Shown in pieces: positions 34,052-45,042 of a stretch of DNA of 64,000 bases. This DNA comes from Piedraia hortae CBS 480.64 (taxonomy: Eukaryota). The notes below the pieces were generated by a model that saw nothing but the letters and a program-made list of their open reading frames with translations, was not told where the DNA came from and did no database searches. Numbering within the stretch: position 1 is the stretch's first letter; each line of letters opens with the position of its first letter. The stretch lies in the NCBI GenBank assembly GCA_010093745.1, contig MU006003.1, positions 62,001 through 126,000 of the forward strand, read 5' to 3'. Both the position numbers and the translations under genes were made by a program.

Positions 34052-35899
34052 TCACATATCCGTGGAGGGTTGCTTTGAGCTCTGCCGTTTGCTCTTCCTG
34101 GCTTTCCTCTCCGCCTCGCGTTCGGCCGCCTTCTCCCGCTCCGCTTCCATCCCAGTTTTGGTTTCGACGTGCTCCTGGGTGAGAACTTTTTTGCGGATGA
34201 AAAGCGAGGCTATCACCCCGACAAAGGCTATAACAGCGTACATGATCCACATCCGTCGGAGACTCAGGGCAAAATATTGCCGAACAATGGATCGTTTTTC
34301 TCTGGGTAACTGGTTGATGATTCGTGTGTTGGCCCCTGCATTCCCACCGCCAACCTGTTTCGCAAGCTTGGGGCCCAGGACTTGGATCAACTTGCTACTG
34401 TAGGATTGCATGTTATTCTGATAAACAACTTCACCAACCACGACGGAACAGGCTGTTGCTAATTGACGCATGAATCCAAGAGTGGCTGTTGCGGTGCCAA
34501 TATCTCGCGGATCGATGTGAGCCTGCAACGCGATCAGAGGAGCTTGGAAAAGAGGGCCAATGCCAAGTCCACCGATAATTTGGTATAGTATGAGCTTGGC
34601 CCAACCGGAATGGGAATCAAAATCGATGAAAAGGCCATAGCCAATGGTCATTAGAACCTGGCCCAGATAGATGGGCGGGAGGAAGCGACCTGTCTTGTTG
34701 ATGAAGATACCCGTGCCTATACCCGTCACTGCCAAGGAAAGAGCCGTGGGTAACAGATAGACGCCAGACAAAATGGGCGAAGCGCCGCGAACAGCTTGGA
34801 AATACAGTGGAATGTAGTAAGAGCCAGCAATAAAGACGAATCCGTGCAGAAAAACGACAGCAAGCGTCGCGACGTTGGTTGGCTTCCGGAAAAGTCTGGT
34901 TGGCATGACAGGATATTTGGCAAAGCGAGCCTCCCAAATTACGAAGAGCACAAACGTAAAGATACCGAAGATGATGAGACACAGCACGGTTGCGGAAGCC
35001 CACGGAAAGGATACGCCGCCGTATTGTAGACCGAAGAGGAACATGAGGGTAGCACCAACGACACTGATGCACCCCAGCCAGTCTATCGCTCGCAAACCCT
35101 CGAATATGGGTGTTCGCGGCGTCTTGACATCAAGGAAAAAGAATAGGATGAAAAGGACAAGGCCGTCTAGCGGCAAATTGATCCAAAAACACCATCGCCA
35201 TGATGCTTTTTCGGTCAAGGCACCGCCAATCACGGGGCCAATGGCAGAGGCAATGGCCCAGACAGCACCAATAATTCCATAGAAGGTGCCGCGACGACGC
35301 AAACTGAAAAGATCGCCAATTGTGATGTTTACCAGGCTCACGAGGCCTCCTCCTCCAACTCCTTGGATGGCACGTGCGGCAATGAGCATGCCAATGCTGG
35401 TGGCCCAGCCTGCTAGTGCGGAGCCGAGCAGAAAGACGGCATTTGCGGCCAGTAGCATTGGCTTGCGGCCAAAAATATCCGATATCTTTCCCCAGAGAGG
35501 GGTTGAAGCGGAATTTGCGAGCAGAAAAGCAGAACCTATCCATGTGTAGCCCGAGGTAGACTGAAAGTGCTCTGAGATGGTCGGAAGGGCTGTTGTTACC
35601 ACTGTGACGTCGAGTGCGGCCAGAAAAACGGCTAGTGCGAGGGAGATCATGATAATTGTGATCTTCCATGTCGATCTCTCCGGACCACTATCCTTGTCCT
35701 GACGCTCAACATCCTTTGCTTTTTGGGGCTGATCGGCATCTTTTAACTGTTCAATCTCGTGGCTGCCCGATTGACCTTCTCCAAAGTCGCGACTGCCTGA
35801 TCGACTGGAAGCCCGAGATTCTTTTTCGTCAATTTTCGCATTGCGCCAACCTTCGGTGCTTTCCAGCTCAAATTCATTGTCATGCCTTGAGCTCGTCAT
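34052..35899 (-). CDS. MFS drug:H+ antiporter, 14-TMS (DHA2) family
   Basis: LAVFLAALDVTVVTTALP, GKISDIFGRK, RAIQGVGGGG, GPVIGG, WRWCFWINLP. First ATG 35899. Confidence 0.92.
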   Translation of the reverse strand: MTSSRHDNEFELESTEGWRNAKIDEKESRASSRSGSRDFGEGQSGSHEIEQLKDADQPQKAKDVERQDKDSGPERSTWKITIIMISLALAVFLAALDVTVVTTALPTISEHFQSTSGYTWIGSAFLLANSASTPLWGKISDIFGRKPMLLAANAVFLLGSALAGWATSIGMLIAARAIQGVGGGGLVSLVNITIGDLFSLRRRGTFYGIIGAVWAIASAIGPVIGGALTEKASWRWCFWINLPLDGLVLFILFFFLDVKTPRTPIFEGLRAIDWLGCISVVGATLMFLFGLQYGGVSFPWASATVLCLIIFGIFTFVLFVIWEARFAKYPVMPTRLFRKPTNVATLAVVFLHGFVFIAGSYYIPLYFQAVRGASPILSGVYLLPTALSLAVTGIGTGIFINKTGRFLPPIYLGQVLMTIGYGLFIDFDSHSGWAKLILYQIIGGLGIGPLFQAPLIALQAHIDPRDIGTATATLGFMRQLATACSVVVGEVVYQNNMQSYSSKLIQVLGPKLAKQVGGGNAGANTRIINQLPREKRSIVRQYFALSLRRMWIMYAVIAFVGVIASLFIRKKVLTQEHVETKTGMEAEREKAAEREAERKARKSKRQSSKQPSTDM

Positions 35900-36435
35900 T
35901 GTAAACAATTGTTGGCTTCGGGTGGCGGGAAGACAATGAGCTAGTGGCCCATGACGCACGCGAATCCTCCTGCCGCAACGTCACAACCCGAGTCCTTGCA
36001 GCTCGACCCTAACTTTTCTTGTCCATAATCCATCTTGCAGGTCGGTGCTTCTGGTGGCGCCGAAGAACGTATGATAGGCACGTATGCTACAAGCTAAACG
36101 CGTTTGGAGGTCGTCCGTCTAAGCCATTTCGAAGCTCCTTCGATTCCAACAATTTCATGTAATCTGCTAATGATCTTTTTAATTGTACAGTTACATGTTT
36201 GGTACACAGTGAGATGGGGCCTGTACATCAGGCTCCGTAGAATTCGAAACCTTCTCGAATAATGGCTCGAGAAGGGTTTGAGTTCACATGAAGCTTTTCG
36301 CGTTCACATGAAGTGTGATGCGCATGTGGTACGTATCCGCCCCCACTTGCACATATGACGTCGGCACTCAGCACTCGGGTTTTTCGACCAACCGTGAAGT
36401 CTTTCAACCAAACGTTAAACTGATTACCAACCAAA

Positions 36436-37463
36436 ATGGCGTACAATCGCGCTTATAATCCGGACGCGCTCCCAGCGTAGGTTTCCTTCTCCGAGAGATG
36501 GAATTTCTAGTGATAACCGAAACAGGCACGCGGAGCCAGAACAAGCTGCGCAGATGATAGGCCAGAGTCAGGCACGCCCTGGCGGGTACAATGATTACGG
36601 AAGACAAGGGTCGCAAACCCCGGGTGCGATGCCAGGGTACGGTGAACGTGACAGGGCCCAGAGAATCGGTCAAACACCGACTTACGGTTCGCCGCCGCCC
36701 CCGGCAAACTACGGCCATGGCCCTCGCCCATCGGGCTATCATAATCGACCACCTGTTCCCGCAGATCAGCGTCCTCCAACCGCACCGTCTCCACGAGCTG
36801 GTGGGGAGCGTGACGCGCTCTGGCCGCTATTTCTCCAGGTCGACAAAGATCGAACGGGACAACTCAGCGAGGACGAGCTGCGGAGGGCATTGGTGAATGG
36901 CGACTACACTGCGTTTGATCAGCATACTGTCAAAATGATGATACGGATGTTTGATACAGACCGCAGCGGAAGCATCAACTTTGATGAGTTCTGCGGGCTG
37001 TGGGGGTTTCTTGCCGCTTGGCGGAAGCTATTTGACCGATTTGACGTCGACAGATCAGGAACCATATCATTACGGGAGTTTGAGCAGGCTTTGGTGGCTT
37101 TTGGATACAGGCTAAGCCCAGCTTTCGTGCAACTCCTCTTTTCCACATATGCAAAGAGTCGTTCACGTGGCCGGGGCGACGAGTACGTTCGCGAACGCGT
37201 GCTCAGCTTTGATCTCTTCGTGCAAGCTTGTATCAGTTTGAAGCGTATGACGGATGTTTTCAAGAAATACGATACAGACCGAGATGGGTATATTACCCTT
37301 TCTTTGTAGGTCGAGACTTTTGCGAGATTGATCAGGAATGCTAATGATTACAGTGAGGAATTTTTAACGGGTGCGCAATCTCTCTTCCTGTTTAATTCTA
37401 TTTCAGAGCAAACCGACATCGGTTTGTATTAACTCTTTTGCAGAGATCCTGAAGCAGAAGTAA
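36436..37463 (+). CDS. PEF1: Penta-EF-hand protein (peflin/ALG-2-like)
   Basis: MAYNRAYNPDALPA exon; introns 36477-36525, 37306-37353, 37371-37443; EF loops DKDRTGQLSEDE, DTDRSGSINFDE, DVDRSGTISLRE, DTDRDGYITLSFEEF; ends EILKQK*. Confidence 0.9.
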
Positions 37464-37807
37464 TTTCGCTTTACGAGGGTTGGGAACATACTCTGGAGAG
37501 ATGGATGCAGCCAAGCAGCAAGGCTAGGTGGACTGTTGATCACGAGTCACGAAGAAGCTGAAATGATGATGAAAGCTGTCAATGTAAATTAAACCCTTTT
37601 TGTCTTCACCTGTGTTGCCGGCATGGGATATTTTCCGCCTCAGTGGGGTCATTTGGAAAGCGGGGTGCGCTTATCATGAGCAGACTTTTCAATCACTAGA
37701 GTGCAGATCTTTGCGCACTGAGCAATAATATGGATAAAGGTCATTCTACGCGCAGACCTAGTTTGCTGACTAATGTTGTGATATCTGAACGTGATATGTT
37801 CAGGTCC

Positions 37808-37848
37808 TTACAACTGCAAGCAGCATACTATGCTGCTTGCAGTTGTAA
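37808..37848. repeat. Perfect inverted repeat, 20-bp arms with 1-nt spacer
   Basis: TTACAACTGCAAGCAGCATA-C-TATGCTGCTTGCAGTTGTAA. Confidence 0.95.
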
Positions 37849-38869
37849 AAGGAATTTGTGAGGGTTAGGTTAGTTGGATCAAATTTTTCGCTGTTCTTTG
37901 ATTCTGCTTTCTGTAGATGAATTGCACTGACGCACCACCAATCTTACTTGCATCGTACTATAGTATCCACATTTGGCCCACACACACCCCAAATATATCC
38001 TCCATGAACCGCGACGCGTTTGCTCCTTGAAGGGCCAAAATGATGCCTTCAAGACTCGGGCCTCTATGCACAGAACTAAGTGAGACATGTTTGCAGTATA
38101 TTAGGTACAGCTAGATGATTTGAAAGGGCAGTAAACATTATGCCCAACACCGAATAACCCTCATCCTGATAACACACAATGTGACATGTAACGTATGATG
38201 CTTGTCCTAGCGATTCGATTAGATCAAAGTCCCATGACACCAATCTGGCTCGAACTGGGAACGCGATGTAAGGTAGCGATAGACAGGTATCGAGAAATAT
38301 CTTGGCTTGACTTGAACCTGAGACACATATGCGTGCCAATAATGACAGCTGTTCCAGATCAACAACCGAATCCTTCTCTCGAGCCTAACGCCAGCTAGGT
38401 ACTTGACGAGAATTGTTCACTCATGGCTTGTGGTATTTCAACAGATGAAGCTGGCTTTGAAAAGTCCAATAGCGCAGTAAGTATCTTCAACACCAAGGCA
38501 ATGGAACAGCAGTAGATTGAATGTAAGCTATCAGACAATGTGCAGAACTCTCAGCCGCTGCAATACGATCACGCAGCCCAACCCTTAGTGGACAAGGCAG
38601 AAGACGCCAATGGCTAAATGACAAAGAGGGCCTGATTGGCGCACGGCATTCCCAGCAATGCTCGGTCGCGGTAATGCAGAAGGCCACAACGTCGCCAGCG
38701 CAGATCACGTGGGCATGCACGTCCCGCGGGGACCTTCAGCTTTCCGTGAATCAAACGCCCCCTCGCCCTGGCTCTGGCTAAAAACACCGTCCTAGACAGG
38801 TGTGATTACACTTTAATCGCAGCCGGATCGCCCTGGCGGAGCCAACAATAGAATCCGAGGGTGCGCACC

Positions 38870-40494
38870 ATGGGCCGCCGCAAGATCGAGGTATCCACCA
38901 CACCACCACCCCGTTTCCGTGACGACAGCTGACGCGCCAGATCAAACCCATTGTCGACGACCGGAACCGCTCCGTGACTTTTCTAAAGCGCAAGACGGGT
39001 CTGTTCAAGAAGGCACACGAGCTGTCGGTGCTGTGCTCGGTCGACGTCGCTGTCGTAGTGTTTGGGAACAACAACAAGAAGCTGTACGAGTACAGCTCCA
39101 GCGACCTCAATGGCATCCTCAACCGCATGCAGTACTGCAATGCTCACGAGCACAAGGGCCCGGAGGATTTTATAGGGCGGGCCGCTGGAGACGAGGACGA
39201 GGATGAGGCCGGCGACGGTAATCAGAATGCCCAGGCGGCCGCAGCGGCTGGCGGCGTCTCCGCGCGGCTGCAACGTCCTTCGTTCCAGCAGCATCAAGGC
39301 CGCAACTCGACGCCAAACGCTTCGCAGCCAGGGGCTGTGCCCTACGGACGCGGTCCGTCGCCGCTCCCTCCCAACTCGCGACCGGCGTCGCGTACGTCAC
39401 AGCATCCGGCCCACACGCGGAAGGCGAGCGCCAACGTAATGCCCATGCCGCAGCCGCCGCCGCTGCAACATGCCCATCAACCGCCACACCAGCAGCCGCA
39501 GCCCGCCTACGCTTACACGCCGAATCAGCCATTTTACGCTGCCCAATATACACAAGCATATCCCCAGCAAATGCAGCCCGCCTATATCAATAATAATGCC
39601 CCCGCAGCATTTGCCGCCCCCCCCCCGCCGGCAGCGATGCAGAGAAGCGCGGAGCACCTGCAGGCACGGCCACAACCGTCTCCGCGACCGCAGCCGACAA
39701 GCCAGCCCCCACCACCGACCTCATCAGCTCAGCCAGCGTCGTATGCCAACCAGCAGCCGAAACCACTTCCCGCGACCCACAAGCAAAACAGTATATTCAC
39801 GCCAGTGGACGACAGCCGGTCAATTCTCGCACAGCACTGGACAACACGTACAGAAACGTCCAGCCGAGAGGGTGAGGCACAGGCTTCGAGCGAGGTTGTG
39901 CCCAAGGTAGAGGATTCATCACCGTCGCCAACCAAACCAGTGCTACGAGGGCAATCACCGCCTCGGAATGCCAATGACGCACAGCTAATGCGACCGCCAC
40001 CAGATGCCCGACGCCCCCGTCTTACTGTCCAGATCCCTAGCGAACAGTCTGGGGATGAAGGTGCAACCGGCACCGGTTCGGCTGTAGACGATGCTAGTGC
40101 CGGAGGTACTGGTGGCGGTGGCAGCGCCGGCGCACCACCTGTTCCGGGCCCCTTGCACGGTGTCAAGCTGCCACCGCTAGGGTCAAGCGCAGGAGCACCC
40201 ATTTCAGCTGGAGCACGTGGGCCACCAAACCCATTCGCGCGGCCGACAATACCTACAGAAACTCCCATGTCGGCGCTACCAAGTCGCGTCATGGGAGACA
40301 GCCTGTTGCCGTCACCCAACCCTTTTCTCCCAGACTGGTTCGGCCGCTCGACAGAGGGCAACACGCTGCCTTCTCCCCTCAATTTTCAGACACCGGTTGG
40401 CAACGGCGGAGGATGGAAAGAGGAGGATCGCAAACGAGCGAATGAAGAAGAGGCAGAACGCAAAGAACACAAGAGAGCAAAAACAGAAAATTGA
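38870..40494 (+). CDS. RLM1: MEF2-type MADS-box transcription factor (Rlm1/RlmA-like)
   Basis: MGRRKIE (38870-38890), intron 38891-38940, then IKPIVDDRNRSVTFLKRKTGLFKKAHELSVLC. C-terminal RPRLTVQIP, PNPFARP, ETPMSALPSR, LPSPLNFQTP. Confidence 0.92.
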
Positions 40495-40861
40495 TGGAAA
40501 ACCAGAGTGTCAGGAAAAGTGTCAGATTTGTACGACAGGCGACGCTTATTGCTTGAGCCGAAAAGGAGGCTCGAATCGAACTTTGTGGACGCTCAAGGAA
40601 GAGCTTCCACTGTACGTACTTATGGCTTCGTTGGTATCGAATTTCGTACTGTTGTGACGGGTCCGAGACCAGGGCTCACGTGGAGTACATGGATCAATCC
40701 CGGGAGTGGTACAGCATCGCGCCATGTGTATGTAGTTCGGTTCAGCACGCGAGAATCGGCGGGCATTTGCCCCGTGTGGCAGGACTAAAATAGAAGCGGA
40801 ACCTTTCCGTTTTTTTTTTCTGGCTGACCAACACCAATCATTGGCAAGTATACGTTTGGCA

Positions 40862-41902
40862 ATGGCCGAACAGTCCCGCCTCGCCCTTTTACCCGGATAT
40901 GACACAGCCCCGGATGTGTATGAGACACCAGACCTCACCGACGATACTTCTGAGCAGGAATCAACACCCACTCTGTCTCTAGACGAGAATGGCGAATTCT
41001 CCGACCGCAGTGCAGGCGAAGACAATGACGAGTGCATTAGCCACAGGAGGCTTCAACCCCGCCGTGCAAGGGTGCTATTCGGTGGGAAGAAAGAGGGATA
41101 CTCCAGAGGTGGAAGCGGGCTATACGGAGAAGAGGAAAGTCTCAAAGCTCGCATTGCCCGATTGAAAAGAGAGGCAGTAGAGTGTCAGACCCAGGTTCAG
41201 GGGCGGGATGAAGAAGGCGATATGGAAAGCCTAAACAGACTGCTCTCGGAACTGGAAATCCGCGGAACCAGGAGCAGAGTGCCTGCTCCGCGGCCGGAGC
41301 AGTCGGAGCAGCCTGTGGCAGACGAGCAGACTCTTTCCCGCGCCACCGACTTTGATAAACGCATTTCTGCACTCGAAAAGTGCTTGGGTGTATCATCGCT
41401 TGACGACCCGGTCCCTGCTGCTCCGGTTCTGCATTCATTATTAGCCCTGGATGAGCAATTTGCTGCTCTAACCGCAGGAGGCTCTCTGTCCAGCATCGAA
41501 GCAGCCAGCGCCCGCGTCACAAAGCTACGCTATGACGCTGAGCAGCTTTGTTCTCCTTCCGAGGATGAGCTTCTCAGTGCTGAAGACGTGAATAAGCTGC
41601 GGCAGATGTTTGGTCTTCTTGGACCATTGGGGAACCTGGCTCCTACGATACCTGCACTGATGAACCGACTAAGAAGCTTGAGAACCCTGCATGCCAGTGC
41701 AGCCGAGGCTGAGGCCGAGCTGGAGAGCGTGATCCAACAGCAAGCTGAAGTGGATCACCAGATTAAGGCTTGGAAGGAGGGGCTGGAAAGGGTGGAAAAG
41801 GCCGTCACTGAAGCTGAGGCGACCAACGAGAGGAATGCAAGGGTTGTGGAGAGCTGGGTAGGGGAGCTGGAAGAGAGGGCCCGGGCTCTATTGTCGGCGT
41901 AA
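40862..41902 (+). CDS. Dynactin p50/dynamitin subunit
   Basis: LPGYDTAPDVYETPDL, ESLKARIARLKRE, FDKRISALE, LMNRLRSLRTLH; coiled coils. Confidence 0.85.
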   Translation: MAEQSRLALLPGYDTAPDVYETPDLTDDTSEQESTPTLSLDENGEFSDRSAGEDNDECISHRRLQPRRARVLFGGKKEGYSRGGSGLYGEEESLKARIARLKREAVECQTQVQGRDEEGDMESLNRLLSELEIRGTRSRVPAPRPEQSEQPVADEQTLSRATDFDKRISALEKCLGVSSLDDPVPAAPVLHSLLALDEQFAALTAGGSLSSIEAASARVTKLRYDAEQLCSPSEDELLSAEDVNKLRQMFGLLGPLGNLAPTIPALMNRLRSLRTLHASAAEAEAELESVIQQQAEVDHQIKAWKEGLERVEKAVTEAEATNERNARVVESWVGELEERARALLSA

Positions 41903-42010
41903 AGTCCCATCCTGAGCTTTTATGCAGGGCCTTTGGGTCATGACGTCTGCGCCTTTTGAACGGACAACCATCTCACCACCTTATCCCTTAAACCCTCTTT
42001 CAAAACCATT

Positions 42011-42607
42011 ATGCGCCCCCAAGTATTCCTAATTGCCCCAACGAAAGGGCTTCCCGCCTCTCCATATCCATTGTTACACTATTCCATGGCCCTGTCCTTC
42101 CCTGACGCCTCCTCTGCCCACGACCTATTCAGTTTGAACAATTGGATCACTCAGTGGGTTTTTCGCTACGGGAAGACACAACCCTCGCATTACCACTCAC
42201 GCACACACGAGTGCATGGCCGTCCTCAGCGGCAAGGCACTGATACGGTTTGGAGGGTCGAACGGCCAGGTCTTGCGCGCGAAAGCTGGTGACGTCTTTGT
42301 CATTCCAGCCGGCGTGAGCCATCAAACGTTTGATACGGTGCCAGAGGCCGATTTTGCACTGCTGACCCCTGGGGAAGGGCGCGGCATCCCTGGTACGGAA
42401 GGTGAAGTTAGAAACGCTTTGCAAAGTCTGACATTAGACGGTTTCACGATGCTGGGTGCATACCCAACGGGTGGGAAGTGGGATTTCTGCACAGAGGAGG
42501 ACGAGATGGATTCTGAAGAAATTTGGAAGGTGCCAGTGCCCGCAAAAGACCCTGTAGTTGGAGTGGATCAGGAAGGTCTGGTAGGGCTTTGGACCGCGAG
42601 GAAGTGA
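42011..42607 (+). CDS. Cupin-domain protein (YjlB-like)
   Basis: SHYHSRTHECMAVLSG, GDVFVIPAGVSH, MLGAYP..WD, DPV.G. Confidence 0.85.
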   Translation: MRPQVFLIAPTKGLPASPYPLLHYSMALSFPDASSAHDLFSLNNWITQWVFRYGKTQPSHYHSRTHECMAVLSGKALIRFGGSNGQVLRAKAGDVFVIPAGVSHQTFDTVPEADFALLTPGEGRGIPGTEGEVRNALQSLTLDGFTMLGAYPTGGKWDFCTEEDEMDSEEIWKVPVPAKDPVVGVDQEGLVGLWTARK

Positions 42608-42613
42608 ATATAC

Positions 42614-43147
42614 TCAGTTGATGAAGTTAACACAAAAAAAGTGCAAAATCAAGCTCCCAAATACAAAGTCCGCAAAGGCTCTTTGTTATGTCAGCATACC
42701 ATAGGGGCGTAATGGAGTTGGTACGCACCTTTCATGGGAAATAGAAAAGTCTGAAGTACTGGTTTGCACCCTTAAACTTGCCGTGAGAACAAATTGGCCG
42801 ACTGTAGCTGCGAAACCGCTCAGAAAGGCGTTGAAGGGCTGTACAAGTTATGGATTTTGGCCATAGACAACGAGAATAAAACCTACATAGTTTCCCACGA
42901 GGATGCAGTAAAGAAACTGCAACACACCAGTAACCACCAGAAAAGCCAGAAACGCATCGAGCAGTTTCATTCGTTGAGCGGTGTTGTCAACGTAGTTTTT
43001 CCACACGCCTTGTGCAATGGCTTGAAAGTTGTTCATAGAGTCATCTCGCGGGGCATGCACCGGCGTTGATGACCCATCCTTTTTCGCCGACTGGATACTA
43101 GCATCTTTCCTCAAAGCCGTGGACACCGACGGCGATTTAGGAGCCAT
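42614..43147 (-). CDS. OST2: Oligosaccharyltransferase subunit DAD1/Ost2 (3 exons)
   Basis: LLDAFLAFLVVTGVLQFLYCILVGNY / PFNAFLSGF..VGQFVLTASLR..SHER / AFADFVFGSLILHFFCVNFIN*. Introns 42839-42886 and 42681-42728. Confidence 0.93.
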
Positions 43148-43235
43148 ATTCAAGTGGAAAGGCAAAGTAGCCAGATGGAGCAGCGGGCGCAGACGCTCGG
43201 ACCCACTAACCACACACCACACAAAGCGGATCAAG

Positions 43236-43619
43236 ATGGCCTCTCAAACCCATATCATCGTTCGTAGCTACCCGTCCTGTTAACTAAGCTAGCTAAAGAA
43301 AATGCAGCCGCCGCACACCCTCTCCCTTTTTCTCGCCGCCCTGACGGCCGGTGGCGGTGTTACGGGCTACGCGCGCGCAGGTTCCGTGCCATCTCTAGTG
43401 GCGGGAGTTTCGGTCGGATCTTTGTATGCCCTTGGAGGCTATAGAATGGCACAGGGACAGTCTTATGGAGTCGAGATTGCATTGCTGGCCAGCGTGCTCC
43501 TCGCCGGGTCCAGTGTTCCGCGCGCCTTGAAGACGAGGAAGCCTTTACCCATTGGCCTCAGCGCCGTTGCTGCCGTTGGCCTCTATAGCTTTGGATCGGT
43601 CGTTGCAAGGAACATGTAA
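43236..43619 (+). CDS. TMEM14-family small membrane protein
   Basis: GGVTGYARAGSVPSLVAG, YGVEIALLAS. Probable first exon 43236-43259 and intron 43260-43307; alternative ATG 43302. Confidence 0.8.
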
Positions 43620-43691
43620 CTACCTGAGTGAAGACAGTTTCGGGGAAAACATCACGTATTATTTCTACTACAGCAGATCGACCCACGCATG

Positions 43692-44703
43692 CTATCCATA
43701 CTGATCCTCAACAGAGTTGGTCTCAGGATCCTGTAGCATCATGACAGTATAAACACCGGCGTCCTCATCGAGCAGACTGAGAATAACGTCAGCGTGATTC
43801 TGGCATGCTATAACTCTCAAAACGTTGATCCGCCGGGGTTGTGAAAGGGCTCGGATATTTGGATGATTGGCTACACGCCTTACGGCACGAGTTATGGCAC
43901 TCTCTGTTGCCTGACTGCTCATCCGAGCACTGACTAAGTCTTGTAGCACCTCGCTTAGCTTCTCGACAGCGTCCATGACGGGTTTCTGTGCCATTTGCCT
44001 AGGAGCACGGCGACCACTTCGTCGTCAGATTCGCCGTGGTGTGAGGCCATATCTTGCGACAAAGCCAGCAATTGTTCGAGATGGTGAGCGAATGGAGGTG
44101 GCCTATGCCGAAATCGGCGGGCTTCCCGATGGGCGGCAAAATATTCTTTTTCTATCTCCGGAGTATTGACCAGAACGCCTTCTTGATTCCGCGGCCAGGA
44201 AGGGGTTACGCATGACAGATGATAGTTCTATCTCTTCCACGTTTTACGCAGATGATCAAACTTTGACCGCACCTGGGCTGCACTTAACTCGAACCCAAAT
44301 CGAGCATTCAGCGCGGTCGCGAGCTGCTCCAATTCTCTCATTTGCAATGTCGCGTTCACCGAAAGTCCAGTCTATCGCTGAAGCTGGACCAGTGTGGCGA
44401 TAGTAGAAATTCTGTTTCGGCATCGGTCCACGTATGATATCGACTTGTACTTGGCGTTTGTTGCGCCTGGGGCTGCCGTGGACGTGAGGGTTGCGTAGGC
44501 AGAGTTTGTGTAGGCTGTTGTTCAGTTTGTGCATCCTGGCTATGCGAACGTTCAACCTCCAGCGCAGACCGTCGGCCGTTCTTTTTCGACCCGCTATTCG
44601 GCGGAACATAATCATGAAATACAAACGTGTGCGGTATGCGTGTTCTAGAAATGACGGGTCAAACTACTGGAGTGTTTACTTTGTGCGTCAGACCTGACCA
44701 CAT
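43692..44703 (-). pseudogene. Disabled Myb/SANT-like DNA-binding gene (PIF/Harbinger ORF1-type)
   Basis: HTWTDAETEFLL, frameshift, then ATLVQLQR*...LATALNARFGFELSAAQVRSKFDHLRKTWKR*...EYFAAHREARRFRHRPPPFAHHLEQLL. In-frame TAG at 44372-44374 and 44228-44230. A further frameshift leads into ORF 43692-43994. Confidence 0.7.
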
Positions 44704-45042
44704 GCCAAACTGGGCTAAGAGGCAGTTCACTTCCACCTCCTCTACCCTATTATACCTTCGACAAAGACGACTGTAGAAAGGTTCCAGCCCAGAAAGTACT
44801 CATCCAATCGTGCCATGTAGTGATGCCATTGGGTGCCGCGCATACGCTTTTGCGTGGGTACATGGTCAAAGAACGCACCCGTCCGCCTGGTATCTGCAAT
44901 CATATTCGTGACCATATTTACAGTTAGCGAGTCAACAAGAGATGCAAATCTGGTTTACAGAGTGTAATGCGAGCACTTGACAAGATTCATCTGTGTACAC
45001 CGTCTATTCGCCTGTTTGCACTCATGCTAGACGCGAGGGGAG

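Noticed and set aside
37560..37790. ATGATGA and CTGA boxes suggesting a C/D snoRNA
   Set aside because: No terminal stem or rRNA guide recognised; lies in the probable PEF1 3' region.
37861..37870. Telomere-like AGGGTTAGG (also at ~32537) as a possible telomerase RNA template
   Set aside because: Short motif that recurs in the window; no pseudoknot or other TER element identified.
37879..38339. Minus-strand ORF pieces vaguely like a kinase N-lobe
   Set aside because: No HRD, DFG or other diagnostic motif; similarity too weak.
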